Below are positions 26,401 through 40,009 of a DNA stretch of 64,000 bases, piece after piece. Location of the stretch: NCBI GenBank assembly GCA_047967505.1, contig CM106538.1; one strand, written 5' to 3'. This stretch comes from Dipteris shenzhenensis (taxonomy: Eukaryota). A model generated the notes under the pieces. The model made no database searches, was not told the DNA's origin, and saw only the letters and a list, made by a program, of their open reading frames with translations. Within the stretch, counting starts at the first letter, position 1, and each line of letters opens with the position of its first letter. The translations under genes were made by a program, and so were the position numbers.

Positions 26401-27064
26401 CAAGATCTTCATCTCTCAGCAGAAATATGCAAGGGAGATCTTGAAGGCATTTGGTATGTCCGAGTGCAAGGAGATAGCTACACCTATGGAGGTGAATGCA
26501 AGGATATCTATGGAGGATGCCTCACCACCGCACACATCGGGAGGTGCAGGAAGTTGGTCAGTCGTATCATCTATTTGTGCAACACCAAACCGGACATCAG
26601 TTTTACTATTGGCGTTTTGAGCAGGTTCTCCAATAAGCCTCGAGAGAATCATTGGAATGCAGGGATGCAGGTGCTCAGGTATGTGAAGCGCACTCTTGAT
26701 TATGGCATCACCTATGGTACGAGCACTTCCTAGGCTGGACATTGTGACTCAGATTGGGGCTGGAGATGTTGATTCTAGGAAATCAGTTTCTGGATATTGT
26801 TTCTCTTTAGGTTCAGGTATCTTCTCTTGGATCAATAAGAAACAACCAACAGTGGCATTGTCCTCTACCCAGGCTGAGTACAAGGTAGCATGTTTTGTTG
26901 CATGTGAAGCAGTGTGGCTGAGGAGGATCTTATGGCACACCGGAGTGCAAGAGGATGAGGCAATTGTGCTGAGGTGTGACAATCAAAGTTGGAGGACAGC
27001 CTCGTGGAGTGTGTGACTAATCAAGGCAACACGGTCCTCTATGAGTGGTATGTGATTGATGTAG

Positions 27065-27205
27065 GCCTACATGCATGTTCTACATGCAAGTTCTACATGC
27101 AACTCCTACATGCTCCTCCTACATGCATGTTCTACATGCAAGTCCTACATGCAACATGCAACTTGCAACTCCTACATGCAACTTCTAGATGCAAGTTCTA
27201 CATGT
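27065..27205. repeat. Short degenerate tandem repeat, CTACATGCA core
   Basis: About 9 copies of a 12-14-bp unit; followed by a TATA-like site and a ~61-bp duplication at 27356-27466 (LTR-like segment). Confidence 0.8.
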
Positions 27206-30004
27206 AGAGAGAGAATGTCTTACAATTCCTATATTCAGAGAGATAAGCTCTCCAACTTGTATAAATAACCCATAATGGAATGAATCCCACACTCTTTGGG
27301 GCATTGTGTTGCTCTACTTTGGTATTCCAAGCAATTGTCTACAAGTGTCCGTGCTACCTTGCACTCCACATCCAAAAGCATGTCCTAACCTTGCAACTCC
27401 TCCTCCCCTCTCCTCCAACCTTGCACTCCACATCCAAAAGCATGTCCTAACCTTGCAACTCCTCCTTCCCTCTGTGAAGATAGTGGGAGAGAGGGAAGGA
27501 GTCTCACTTACAGCTTTCTCACATGCACAATGGGGGAATACACACAAAGGTGGAGGCTGAAAACAGTTTTACCCACATTAAGCTATCTTTAAATCTTACA
27601 ATAATTTCTCAGAGGACTAGGTTGGAACTAATTAATGGGAATTTCCCATTTTTTGCTATATGGGGGACATATTCATATTGCAATAGCTTATTTGTGCTGG
27701 TACTTTGATTGCTCACATTGCCATGATATAACTTAGATATAAGGCAAAGTTCTTAGATAAAAGTTGATACACAATACAAAGGATCGTAATTACTACATGC
27801 ATTCCATGGCCTTATTTTTGGCTTCTTTGCCACAATTCCTTTCTTGAGATATAGTATGGTTAATGGTCAAGGAGAGTTGCAAGATTCACACAAAAAGTGC
27901 ACTCAGGTAGACTCAATGAGATGCTAGATTCTTTGCAACATTTTTGCCCACTTAAATGGGGTGGGCCTCTTGGTTATATATACACACAAAATACTGGTAA
28001 TGGCCACAAACTTTTTGATAGTGTTTGAGACAATGGGTGATACTATCCTTACTATCCTTTCTATTTTTCATGCATTAGAAAAGCTCTGTCTATAATATCT
28101 AATGCATTCACAAAGGCATGAAAATCAAGCATCCAATCTGGTGGTTGCAATACTGGTTATTCAACTAGAATTTTTTTAAGGATTAAAATGTTTGTTCTTG
28201 TTATGCCTTGTATATATCTATTATGTCCATGTCGACAGTGGCATGTGGAGGCATTTATTCTCCTAAAATGGATGCTATATTTATTGAAATTGGAGGATGA
28301 CATCCCTATGATGATAAAACACAAGATCAAAGAGATTTGCTTCAAAATCAATAGATGAGTGAATATGATCTACATGCACAAGTGACAAAACCAATGGTGG
28401 TTTCTAAAAAATTGTGACTAAAAGCGCAACCAAATAAGGCCAAAATTTCTCTACATGGTGGAAGAGGTTAATGGGAAGCTATAGGGACTGAATTTAGACA
28501 TCCCATTCAGATACGACTCTCTTGTATCAGATGAAACAACTATCAATGATCTCATGAACCATCAGTACTTACTAAGAAAGAAGTTGATCCATAGGGTAGG
28601 GTCACATTTACAATATTGAGACAATATTCATTGTCATAGCAAAGTAAAAAACTACATGAAATAATAGACATCTATCCAAGAATGTAAACTGTGTACACAA
28701 AAGTAGATAGGAGCTAAGCATAAAGTTTCTACTAAATTGTCCTACATTTAGACTCTATAGTGCCCCCTATTGATCTCTATTGGGCTTGGAGGGTCACATA
28801 GTGAAAAGCATAGGATCAACTCCTTGTCAAGGACAATGAGCCATATGTACAGAACTTGGAGCAAGAAAATAGTCATGTGGTGAGTAGCCACTAGAGCAAT
28901 AAATCATGGGAGGAAGAGTAGCCACTAGAGCAATAAATCATGGGAGGAAGGTTGAAGCCACCCAATGTGAGTTTTTAGCCACAAATTAGTTGAACTCTAA
29001 ACTCCAAGAGCTCACCAAACAAGTCATTTAGATCCAACCCAAAGCTGAGCACTCACAGTCCAAGGCTTGCTACTTGCTACAACATCAAGTATCGACCAAC
29101 AAAGTAGCCACTACAAGAGCGAGTGTCAATTAAAAAGCTTCATGCAACAAAGCAAAAGCCAAGGACAACAAGAAGATGAGCCTCACCATGATCTCCATCC
29201 AAGATGTTCGATAAATAGTGAAAGCTATAGGCATATTCATATATCATAAGCCCTAAAAGAATAACCTAAAAATAGATAACCACAACTTAATGCTAAGACG
29301 TGACCATTAAAACCCTTGCACGATCCCCATAAAGAGAAAAATCACTCATCGAACACCTAGGCTTGTCTCTGGAAGGCCAAAAATGGATGCATGAAGATGA
29401 GCCTTGGAGAAGAAGTCGCTCTATCAAGCTATGGCAACAAATGAGGTTTCAACTAGCTGAAGGGGTTCCAAATCCATCAAGGAATCTATACAAAGTTTTG
29501 GTTATGGTAACGAGAATCATTTTCATACTCTTTGTGATGCAGACAAAGTTTTTGCCTAATAATGGAGTGAGTATGAGCAGAGAGTCAAGGAAGAATGCTC
29601 CACCATTGTCAGCTATTTTATCCTGGAACCAAAGCTGTGCAATAATAAGAATAAATAAAAGGGGTGTTTAGTAGTCATTATGGAGGTAAGGCCCTAAAAG
29701 TTATATTGCTATAGGAAATTAATTGCTATTTCATTAAACTTTTAATCACCCATTTCTTGGACCATGTCCTGGACATTAGTGACATGGCTCCATATAATTT
29801 ATCTTGACAGCATCAAATATCGTTGAGATGGAGGGGTCAAACAAAGTCAAGGGGCATCTATTCTCCAAGATCTCTAACATATAGGTAATGAATGTTGCAA
29901 TAAGAGCAAACCATGCTAGGGTCTCTTGGGTTAGCATAGAATGAAGGGGTGAGTATGCTTGTGAGTACATGGTAGTTAACATGGGTAGTTGGGCTACAAC
30001 TACA

Positions 30005-30266
30005 CCCAGGGGGGCCACTATGTACAAACACCATATAGCATGTGCGATCAAGGGGTATTAGAAAAAACCCCCACCTATGGGTTTTTATAACCTATATACA
30101 CCCCTTTTGTAAAATTTAAGATGATTAAAGTATCCCTTATGTATGAAAATTCACTTCTTGAATTAAAAAATCGCTAATGTTTGTATATTTTCTGTAACCC
30201 CATAAAAATATAAAACCCCTTTTGTTGATCGCACGTGCTATCTTACATATTTCTTAGTGACCCAAG
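30005..30266. mobile_element. MITE, homologous to 52304-52573
   Basis: Aligns along its length with the 52304 copy; ends CCCAGGGGGGCCACTA / TAGTGACCC; no TSD recognised. Confidence 0.75.
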
Positions 30267-30453
30267 TCTTTATGTTATGTAGAGGAGTCTTTTTCAATTT
30301 AGAGGATTCTAAATTTATTCAAATTTTCTTGAAAAGTGCATATAAAATGAGTTTTGGAGAGCATAGTAGTCTAAAATTAGTGAAATATGTGTTATTAGTC
30401 TCCTTGATGCTTGCATGTTTGGTTTCAAGCTTTGTCTTTATGTGAAGAAACCA

Positions 30454-30496
<43 letters not shown>

Positions 30497-30619
30497 CACA
30501 TGATATAGCTACCTATACATCATGTTGTATTGAACATAATCATGAATATATACATGAGAACCCCTTAGCATTAGGGTTAGGGTTTTCCCCTAATGCCCAA
30601 GTATTCTCGAATTGAGGCT

Positions 30620-32350
30620 CCCTTAATCCTTGCAAGTGTGTGTCTTTTTCTCTTCAAGGGCATTGTTGATGTACATTTTTGAGTGAAGGGATCATGATGG
30701 AGAAAATAAAGATTGATGCCATTTAGAAGATGGAGTCATTGTATGGAAGCAAGCTTTCTTGTTTGCAAGATTTCTAAGTCTCTATAAGAGGTTCATCAAG
30801 AAGCTAGCTAAGTGGCCAAACTACTGCATAACAACATACAATGCAAGAAACAAAGTTCAAATGGAACAATGAATGAGTCGAATCATTTTCAAATTCTATA
30901 AGAGATGGTAGTGAAATCACCAATACTCACAAAACCTATTGGAACAAGATTTTGCATGTGCATGTTGATGCATTGGGGATGGCAATTTGATCAATTTTGA
31001 TTCAATCCGAAGGGAGCATGCACATGCATTGGGGATTGCAATTGGGTCAATTATGATTCAATTTGAAGGGAACGTGGATGACCCAATCTCTTTTGCAAGA
31101 CAAATGTTATCGATTGTAGAAAATAAATACTCCATAACTAAATGAAAAGACCTAGGAATGACACACAATGTTCAAAGGTTTTGGCACTATTTGCTAGGCA
31201 ATCCTTTCTTGCTAGGCAATTATTTCATCTTCTTTATGGATCATTGAGCATTGTTATAATCGATTAATAAAACATTTATGAAACTTAGATGATAAGTGGA
31301 TGCTTCTATCGTGCAGGAGTTCATTTTCAAGATAATTCATGAGCTTGGTTCCCCTTGGATTCATCTCATCGTGGGGTAGATTATTAATCTCACACTAAAG
31401 ATCAAAGATCCAAAGAGGATGTCGATGATAAGCTACCCCCAATGCAAGGTTGTTTTGCTGTGTCGATGTGTGAAGACAAGCACGAAGAAATCATTTAGTA
31501 TCTCCCCACATCAATATTCCTTTATAGTGCTTCAACAGATGAGAGGTGAAAGAATGCACTTAAATTCTAGAACTATACATGGATCACAAAAACCTTTATG
31601 ATATGATCCTACAAAGATGCAACCTTCCACATAACAAGATGATAGTAATGGTGGTTGCAGGTCATCCAACGAGTGCAAAGAGTCCATTTCTCAACGAAAG
31701 CCACAATGAGGAGGATATTGAATGCTAGGTTGTGGTGGAGTACAATATATGCAAATGTAACAAAGCATTACAAAAGGTGTGATAAAGGCTAGCAAGTGGG
31801 TAAACTAAAGGTTGAATATCATATGCCACTCAATCCCACATAGCCATGGGAACCCTTTCAATAGTTGGGCTTAGATTTCATAGGTCCATTCAATGTTGCA
31901 ATGCATCCAAGTGGAAATAACTACATCATTGTGGCCACCGAGTATGTACCCAAATGGTCTTAAGCAAAGGCTTTAAGAGACAACAAAACATCAAGATTCT
32001 TTTGTGAGAATATCATATGCAAGTTAGGATGCCCTATTTAATCAAGGGGTTCACTCCAAATTATGTGATTTGTGTAAGTTGGGCATACTCAGCGAAACCA
32101 TTTTCAAAGAAGTTATAATGGTCGAGATATCCAAGATTGAGGCTACCAAAGATATTCTTAAGCCTATCACTTTGCATAATCTTTGATCACTCATTATTTT
32201 GACTAGCTACTACATGCAATTCACTAAGGATTTCACTAGAGTCAGTAAGCCACTTTATGAATTAACAAGAAAATAAACTTGCTTTCTATGGAATGAGGAA
32301 TGAGCACAACCATTTTTAGAACTCAAAGACCATGATGTGAAAATGCACAT
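30620..32350 (+). mobile_element. Highly degenerate Ty3/Gypsy RT-RNase H-integrase remnant inside the Copia B insert
   Basis: Broken motifs HVDALG, FWHYLLGN, GLDFIGPF, GNNYIIVATEYVPKW. Confidence 0.75.
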
Positions 32351-34198
32351 TTTATAAGCCTCCATGCAAAAGTAAAGGGATGGATAGGTACATATATAGA
32401 CCACGAATTCAAAAAAAAGAATTTTTATGGACTATATTGACAACGATATACATGAATTGAAAATGAGATGGTTTACAAATGATTGAAAATGAATATTGCA
32501 TGACTTCAGGATTGGAATTTTATGTGTGTCTAGATGCATATACTATAGCTTATGGTGCCATCTACCATGCTCATATGACATTGCCATTGCTAAAATGTAG
32601 CGTTTCATGCATGCACAAAACATATAGAGATCCAATATCACTATGTGCATGAATTGATTGAGGACGGGATAGTGGAATTGGTCTACTATCCAATAGAGCA
32701 AAATGGAGCAGATATCTTCACCAAGGCACTTAGGAAGGATTAGCTTTAGGGTCATCTTCAAAGACTCAGCTTTGGGCTGAGAAGGTAGTTCACCTACGGG
32801 TGGACATTGAGGGGGGTGTTAGATATGCTCAATTCCCCACCCTCCTGGTGACCACCAGTGGTCTAAGGTGCTCAAGTTGTAAGGCTCCCATATGAGGAGA
32901 AGCCATGTGTGAGCCTGAGACACTGGATGGATCCTGACTTGCATGTTAGATGAGGTCTATCAATGAGACCATTGATGGTAGAAAGGTGATCTATGTGAGT
33001 CTAGCCTATGGGCTAGGGACGGTAGGTAAGCTGGTAGCACAACGAGGCACATTGTCTTGATAGGTGACGAAATAGGAAATATTCCTTGAATATTCCATGG
33101 ACGACTAGTTGGTTCCACTGACTAGGTTGACTTGTCGGCTCCACTGACTACATTGATCTGACTACCACCCTCATAGCTATAAAGAGGTGACCTTCCTAGT
33201 CCATTGTATCAAATCAGATCTTCTAGCTAGTAGCTCTTCACCTAGTATTTGTCGAGATTGCCATCTAAGCTTCACTGTGGGAATGCATGGGTGGATGGAG
33301 CCATCATATGTACTACATCAGTATTGAAGGAAAATTTTGATCGTCTCCAATTTGCTATGTACTCTCTATTCTTTGTTTAGTTTTTGTTTCGCTGCGCCGT
33401 GTAATTTAACAAAGGACAAAATCTACAAACGGTATCCAAATTCCTTGGCAATCTCACACATAGCGACTCGCAGCTCACGACTTGCAACTCAACAGACAGC
33501 CGCATTCTTCAACATAGACTACTAGGCTTGGCTCAACAGACATGATTAATCAACAATGCCTTCGAACAAGGTGGAAACAAGCAACAGATGACTAAAGAAA
33601 CACATGATATGGGCACAAAAAATATGGCCATCTTGATAGCTTTCGCTACCACAGCACGTCTAGCTCTAAAAAGGACCTGACATGGGATGACAGTGTGACC
33701 TCCTATGACCAACATAGCTTCTACAGAGCTTCTATGCTTCTACACACTCAACAATAATGACTGACTATATGGTGTTAGTCGTTGCAATGGTTAACAGTTC
33801 ATGTACCATGATTAAGCAAAGATGTAGGAGAGAGTGTAAGGAGTAGCATATGATAACTACCTTGGAGCCAAATAGGCCCAAGTGGTTGTAATACGAGAGG
33901 AGAGACGTACATGAGAATACAAGGGTTAGCCCTCCCTTCAAAAAGTGGATATGTAAGAAAGGTCAAAAGTTTGACTTTGTTCTTCATTGTCTACTAGCAA
34001 GATTTGGAATAGAAGCTCTCTCCTTCTCCTCATTCTCTTGCAGTGAGTCTTCTTGCTCTTTCTTGCTAAGTTGTCTTGTGTTTGCCACTCTTCCTTTCCC
34101 TCGATCTTCTCTCTGTCATGCTCTCATTCCCTTTCACCTCCCTTCTTCCCTCTCCTCTCTCCCCTCATGGAATCACTTGCACATGATCCGGTAGATGC

Positions 34199-34454
34199 TA
34201 TCGGGGGAATGCACCACTTAGAAACCCTATGTATCATGTGTGTTCAAGGGATATTAAAAAAACCCTTATCTACAATATTTCCCCCAATAAACCCACCCCT
34301 CTTTACTTATGAACTAATGGATTTTTTTCAAAATTGCAATTTAAAATCCCTCTTGGTATTGTAATCCTGTTAATTTTTTTTTGAAACTTGAATTAAAATA
34401 CCCCTCCTTTTAAATGCACATGGTACACTAAAATTTTGTGAGTGAACCCCTTGA
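34199..34454. mobile_element. MITE with degenerate TIRs
   Basis: Flanking direct repeat GTAGATGC(T) at 34191 and 34455; ends TCGGGGGAATGCAC / GTGAACCCCTTGA; AT-rich interior. Confidence 0.7.
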
Positions 34455-36103
34455 GTAGATGCTTGGGTGACACAAGCAGCTAGTTTGTGCACACGAAGCT
34501 CTCAAAAGGAGTTGTTTGAGAGAAGAGACTTTGATGGCATTCCCCCAGGATCCCCATGACATGTGAGTCACCATCGACTTCACATTTTTTGGTGCTATTG
34601 TCGGGGAGTCCAAGGTATGTTTCCTTATTGCATAGGCTTTCTATCATTATTCTCTCATTTCAAAATTCTTCTAGCTTATCTAGAGGTGTTCTTAGTGGAG
34701 AATAAGCTGGTTTTTCAGGAGAAAAGTGTGAGTTATGGAGTAGGAAAAGTAGAAACTACCACTTCTATCCATAGAGTATAACATTTGAGCTTATTTTTTT
34801 ATGTTTTTTTTTGTCACATTGTAGGAATAGCTAGTAGGGATGATTGCAAAAGTGTGTGTGGTGTCACATCTCACTTATAAACACTAAAGGGAAGTAGCAA
34901 GCTAAGGGTGTCCACTTTTTGTTCACTCCCCAATCCTTAGGAGGTGGAAAAACAAGCTTTTTAGCACACAAAAATGCAAATCTCACCTACTTCCCTATGG
35001 ATCTAGTCTTTGAAGTCTTCTGACACAACATCACACTTGCTATTGTGCACACAATCGTATAGTCTGATCGAAAATTTGATGCACACACAAAAAATTTCTT
35101 TGTGTCACACGGCATGGTTCCAGGGTGGTCACATGTTTGTCACGAACAGAGAGTGTCATATTAAATTCTAAATTTCTCACTCATTTTAGATTAAATGTTA
35201 TTGAAACTTTGTAAGTGGTCTCTTTGCATTATGTAGAGCTTAACTTGATTTATTGGTAATTTTTTGAATGATTTATCTAATTATAAATAATTATTTATAA
35301 TAAATAAAGTCATAAAATACATGCATTTTAGTAGCACACCACATTTTTTAAGTATTTTGAATAATTAAGCAAATCCAATTCGATGGAAGGCTAGTAGGCA
35401 CATAAGGGTGTGTGGTTGAATCATCAAATCCCAAATCCAACGGTTAGATTTAGGAAGATTGAAGTTTAATTTTTACTTTTACTCCTTAGGGGATCAATAA
35501 AGAATATTAAAAATAAATCTAGTAATTCTCAAACATAACCAAACATTTAAAAAATGTCAATATTTTTAGTCCTCTGCATGATGAATAAGAGGAAAAAATT
35601 TTGGTTAAATTTGAGTAAGGGAAACATACGATATGCCCTCCAACAATTAAATCTCCCTTTTGTGGGGGAAAAAGGGCCACCCAAGCCTAATACCAAGACA
35701 AGGTAAGCTTGGTATTAGGCTTGGTGAGGTAGGTTAGGAGCATCACCGACCCTAGTGGCAAGCCTTTGGAGTCTGCATGCTGCCCATGTGGAAGGCTGAG
35801 TCATCAAAACCATGCCACGTTGTTAGACCACATGGTGCCATCTCATCAAGGAGATGTGACATCACTCCTTGCCATGTCACCTTACATTGCCACACGTGCT
35901 GCCACATGTGCCACCTCATCATTCCACATCATGAGCCATGTGATCACACAATGCCACCTTGGCATACCTCCTCAACCTTGCCACATCACCAATCCCTCCA
36001 CCTCAATTTGCCATGTCAATCTACCACCTCATGAATGCCAACTCATCATGCCACATCACCTTTCAATGTCATGGAAGAGACTATATTACCACATCATGAC
36101 CAT

Positions 36104-36349
36104 CTCAGGGGGGTCACTCATCATATGTAACCCTATCACGTGAGTTCAACAGAAGGATATTTTTTATTTCTAAAATTTACAGAAATAAATATACATAAGG
36201 GACTATTTAAAATATTTTTGAGAAAAATTTACAGATTTGTATAGAAAAGGGGTAGATTTTATTAATGAAAAATTTAGAGATAAGGGATTTTAGAAATAGG
36301 CCTTGAACGCAGGTGGTATAGAGGGTTTAAACATAGTGACCCCCCCGAG
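36104..36349. mobile_element. MITE nested in the Sola2-like element
   Basis: TIRs CTCAGGGGGGTCACT / AGTGACCCCCCCGAG; perfect 8-bp TSD ATGACCAT at 36096-36103 and 36350-36357. Confidence 0.9.
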
Positions 36350-36410
36350 ATGACCATGCATGGTGCCACACCAGCTAGATGTATACACATGACGATGTGC
36401 GAGGCATACA

Positions 36411-36602
36411 ATACCTCGATCGAGGTATATGACCTGGGTGAGGCATACAATACCTCGATCGAGGTATATGACCGAGGACACCTAGGGATACCTCGATCGA
36501 GGTTTATACATGCGTAATGCACTGAATACCTCGATCGAGGTATATGGTCTGATCGAGGTATATGATCGGGGCTCTGGGCATAGCAGACCTCGATCGAGGT
36601 CT
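36411..36602. repeat. Left array of 18-bp palindrome ATACCTCGATCGAGGTAT
   Basis: Copies at 36411, 36450, 36488, 36526 and 36585 plus a partial copy at ~36551. Confidence 0.92.
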
Positions 36603-36833
36603 TTAAAGGTACAAAACTTAGCCAATTAGTATCAATCTTAGCACCAAAACTTAGCCAATTAGTTTCAATCTTAGCACCTCTCCACCAATAATAATGAAGA
36701 GCAATCTAAGAGCAATCTAGTGGATGAGTTGAGGCTCTCTATAAGACACCACGTTTTGGTTCATTTCACCCATTCTTAGCCATTCTTGCCTCCTCATCAC
36801 TTTGTCACACCTTCCATCCTACTTTCATTGAGA

Positions 36834-39686
36834 ATGGGTTCTCAAAGCCGTAGAGCTAGTAGACGTGAAAGATGTAGGAACCCCCCCCCAAATCTCATTG
36901 ACGAGGAGCGCAAGCGGAAGGCTCGTGAGTGCAAGAGAGCCTCTCGAGCTCGAGCTCGCGCTGCCACCACTGATCCACCTCCAGCTCTACCTCTACATCC
37001 CACCTCCACCCCCACCTCCACCCCCACCCCCACCTCCATTGTCCCCCCATCCTCATCTGCTCCCCTACCTCTAGCCTTTGCCCTTCCCCTAGCCACCTAC
37101 ATTTTGGCCTCCACCTCTACCTCTTCCCCGTCCACCCTCCCCCCTCCCCCTCCCCCTCCCCCTCCCCCTCCCCCCGCTCCGCTTGGCGCCTCCCTTCCCC
37201 CGTCCACCCTACCATCTCCCATTGATCCCCTTGCCCCACCTTGCAGCAGCAGTGTTGCTTCACGACGTGACTTGCCGAAGTCCACTATCCGTCGTCGTAC
37301 TAGCAAGATTGTGCAGTCTTTTTTTTGTGACCTCACGCCAGCTTCACAGTCTTCTCTTCTCACATCCCTAATTGATCACCCTGACTTGGTAGAGTGTAGG
37401 AGGCTTGTTGGTCTTGGTGCACATAGAGATAGGGTTGTATCTAGCGAGGTCCTTAGCAGTGTTTGACGTACCTATGCTTCTATTAAGCATAGGAACTCCA
37501 GTGATGTCTTGGCAGCACATCGTGCACATTGCGAGCAGGCATCATTAGGAGGCAAAGTCTAGAGGATAGTGAGACTGATGCTCTTTGGGCTTCGAGTGGT
37601 CGTGCACCTCGCAGCGATCGATTGTTGGATGATTCCACTAGGTCCATACAACAGTTTTGGGAGGAGCATTGCAGAGCATCCCCGGTGTTCAAGAAGGCAT
37701 TGTGGAAGAGGGTGTCACGCGGTGTGTACATTGAGCATGGTGCATGTTTTTTGGAGTGTACCCAGACTGAGTTGTACACTCAGCTTGTAGAGGCGCACCC
37801 GGAGTTCAAGATTGGGCAGAGGTCATCTGAGCGATGTAGGCCATGGTTTGTGTGATGCTCTCAGGAGCGTGACACATGCTGTTGTCGCCACCATGTGGAT
37901 TTTGGATTGATGTATGACATATTCCGTTCCCTTGATGGTCATAGGGGAGTGGTTCCTACTAGCCCTCGCGACTTCATTCATTCCATATTGTGTACACGAG
38001 ATGGTGATGCTTTATTCCACTCCCTTGATTGTGTGGAAGGCACGTGTACTTTGTGTGGTGACTTTGCTAGAGTGCCATGAGTTGCACTAGATACTTGTGA
38101 TGTGCAGATGGTTCATTGGCAGTAGTATGAGTACTGTACCTTGACATTAGATGGTGGTGCACAGTCGAGGAGGTTGCAGCTTGTGGGGAAGGAGACACCA
38201 CGTGTTGTATTCATTGATAGTTTTCGAGGGAAGTTGTACTGCTACATACACCACTCGCACAGTGCGAAATGGGAGGATCGTCAGTTTCGTGCATGTTTGA
38301 GGACATTTCCTACAGGGGTGGTTGTCTCAGTGGTGGACTTTGCGGAGAATTACACCTTTGCACCATAGCATGAGATCCAATCGGAGTATTATTTCTCCGA
38401 ACAGGTGACGTGTGATTGAGTATTGATTTTTTCCCCGCCTCATTATATTGAATTATTTCAATAGTCATATTTTTTTTCAATGCCATATTGCAGGTTGCTA
38501 TATTTGTGCACATTAGCTATCGTCATGCACAGGCTCATGTGGATGGCATTGATAGCACCATGGACTCACGCGTCATTGTGCAAGAGTATCACTTCTACAT
38601 TAGTGATGATCGATCGCATGATGCCCATTTTGTGCAGCATTGCTTCACTTTGCATGATAGTTTCTTGAGGGATCATGGTGTCACATGGCAGCGTCACTGG
38701 ATCTGGTCAGACGGTTGCGGTGGTCAGTTCAAATCCGCTAGACAGTTTTATTGGTTCTGCAAATGGCACCGTGAGACAGGCATTCCGATTACATGGAGCT
38801 ACTTCGAGACAGGGCACGGTAAGGGAGAGCACGATGGTGCAGGTGCTTGCGTAAAGCATGTTTTGCATCGATACCAGTTGTGTCATAGTGCCGATCGCTT
38901 CAAGGATGCACATGATGTGGTGCAGCCAGCACTTATCCATGAGTGCTACCTCCTCGTTTCAGTCGCGTGACGATAGGGTGGTGAGCCGGTATTTTTGGTG
39001 CGTGGACATTGGGAGTCTTGATCGGTCTAGGCCTTTTGATTGTTGTTTTGTGCCTGGCACTCTTGATTTCCATTCCATCAGGAGCGTAGGTGAGTCTCAC
39101 CCCGCGATCTTTTCTCGACGGTTTGCATGTTTTTGCTCTGCATGCATTGATGATGATTGGGGAGGGTGCTCCATGATACCATGGGCCGATCCATGGGTAT
39201 GGTGAGTGCTTTCTCCCTTCTAGACTTGGGAGGAGGTACATATGATGATCAGGATGCGGGATTCAGTTCCTCTAGAGATTATGACCAGCTTACAGATATT
39301 TTGCGTATTGGTGATATTTCGCGGTTATTGCTTCGGAGGGCAATGAGGAGGGTGTGGATTATTACTTGTTGCGATGCTCTATGCTGAAGAGTGTGTTGAA
39401 TGAGGATACAGTGGATGGGCATGGGATGCACTTCAATGCTCATAGCATGATCGTAGGTGGCCACTATTTTCAGCAGATACAGAGGCGTGGTTGCTATATT
39501 GAGTTCCAGGAGTACATGGCGGATCAGGAGGCATACATGTATTCTCATCTTGTTGTTGGGATCAAGATTACTTTGAGTCGTGTTCGCACTCGCAAGGCGA
39601 CGTCCACTCCACGATGGCGCCTTGCAGTGGCAGATCACGAGAGCATACTTGCAACTATTGGCATGAGAGCTGATCCTGAGGAGTAG
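36834..39686 (+). pseudogene. Sola2-like DDD transposase pseudogene with one spliceosomal intron (38405-38493)
   Basis: Basic/Pro-rich N-terminus; ELY..HPEFKIG..RPWFV; Cys motifs; VVDFAENY, WSDGCGGQFK, GHGKGEHDGAG; GT..AG intron joins YFSEQ|VAIFVH in phase 0; several stops and frameshifts. Confidence 0.85.
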
Positions 39687-40009
39687 CACATTACATATCA
39701 TATTTTTTGGGATCATCAGTTGATCAGATTGATTTTTATTGGGTATCACTGGTTGATTACACTTTTTTGTATTTGATATGTATAGGCTCACTGTGTGACC
39801 GTACCATTGTAATTTTCATGGACTCATATTTTGTATTTCACTATGATGGCTGTATACACGTTCATACACATCATTGTATTAGATTCTATTTTTTACATGA
39901 TGTCCGATGTCTTCTCAATGGGATTTGTTGTGTTTGTAAAACAAAAAATTATTTATTAGTAGTAATGTTGTAATTTGTTTTGTGCTTTAGGACATTTTAA
40001 AAACGTGAC

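Larger units (their letters stand above)
23808..33411 (+). mobile_element. Ty1/Copia family B, complete ends, internally deleted, with a 5.6-kb insert in RNase H
   Basis: 5' LTR 23808-24362, PBS TGGTATCAGAGC 24363-24374, gag from 24434, pol pieces to ~26990 (…CDNQS), resumes at ~32580 (IAIAK…TKHIEIQYHYV), 3' LTR 32817-33411, TSD AAGGA at 23803-23807 and 33412-33416. Confidence 0.93.

Noticed and set aside
36786-37466. Stand-alone extensin-like or formin-like proline-rich gene
   Set aside because: It is the N-terminus of the transposase, cut by a premature stop
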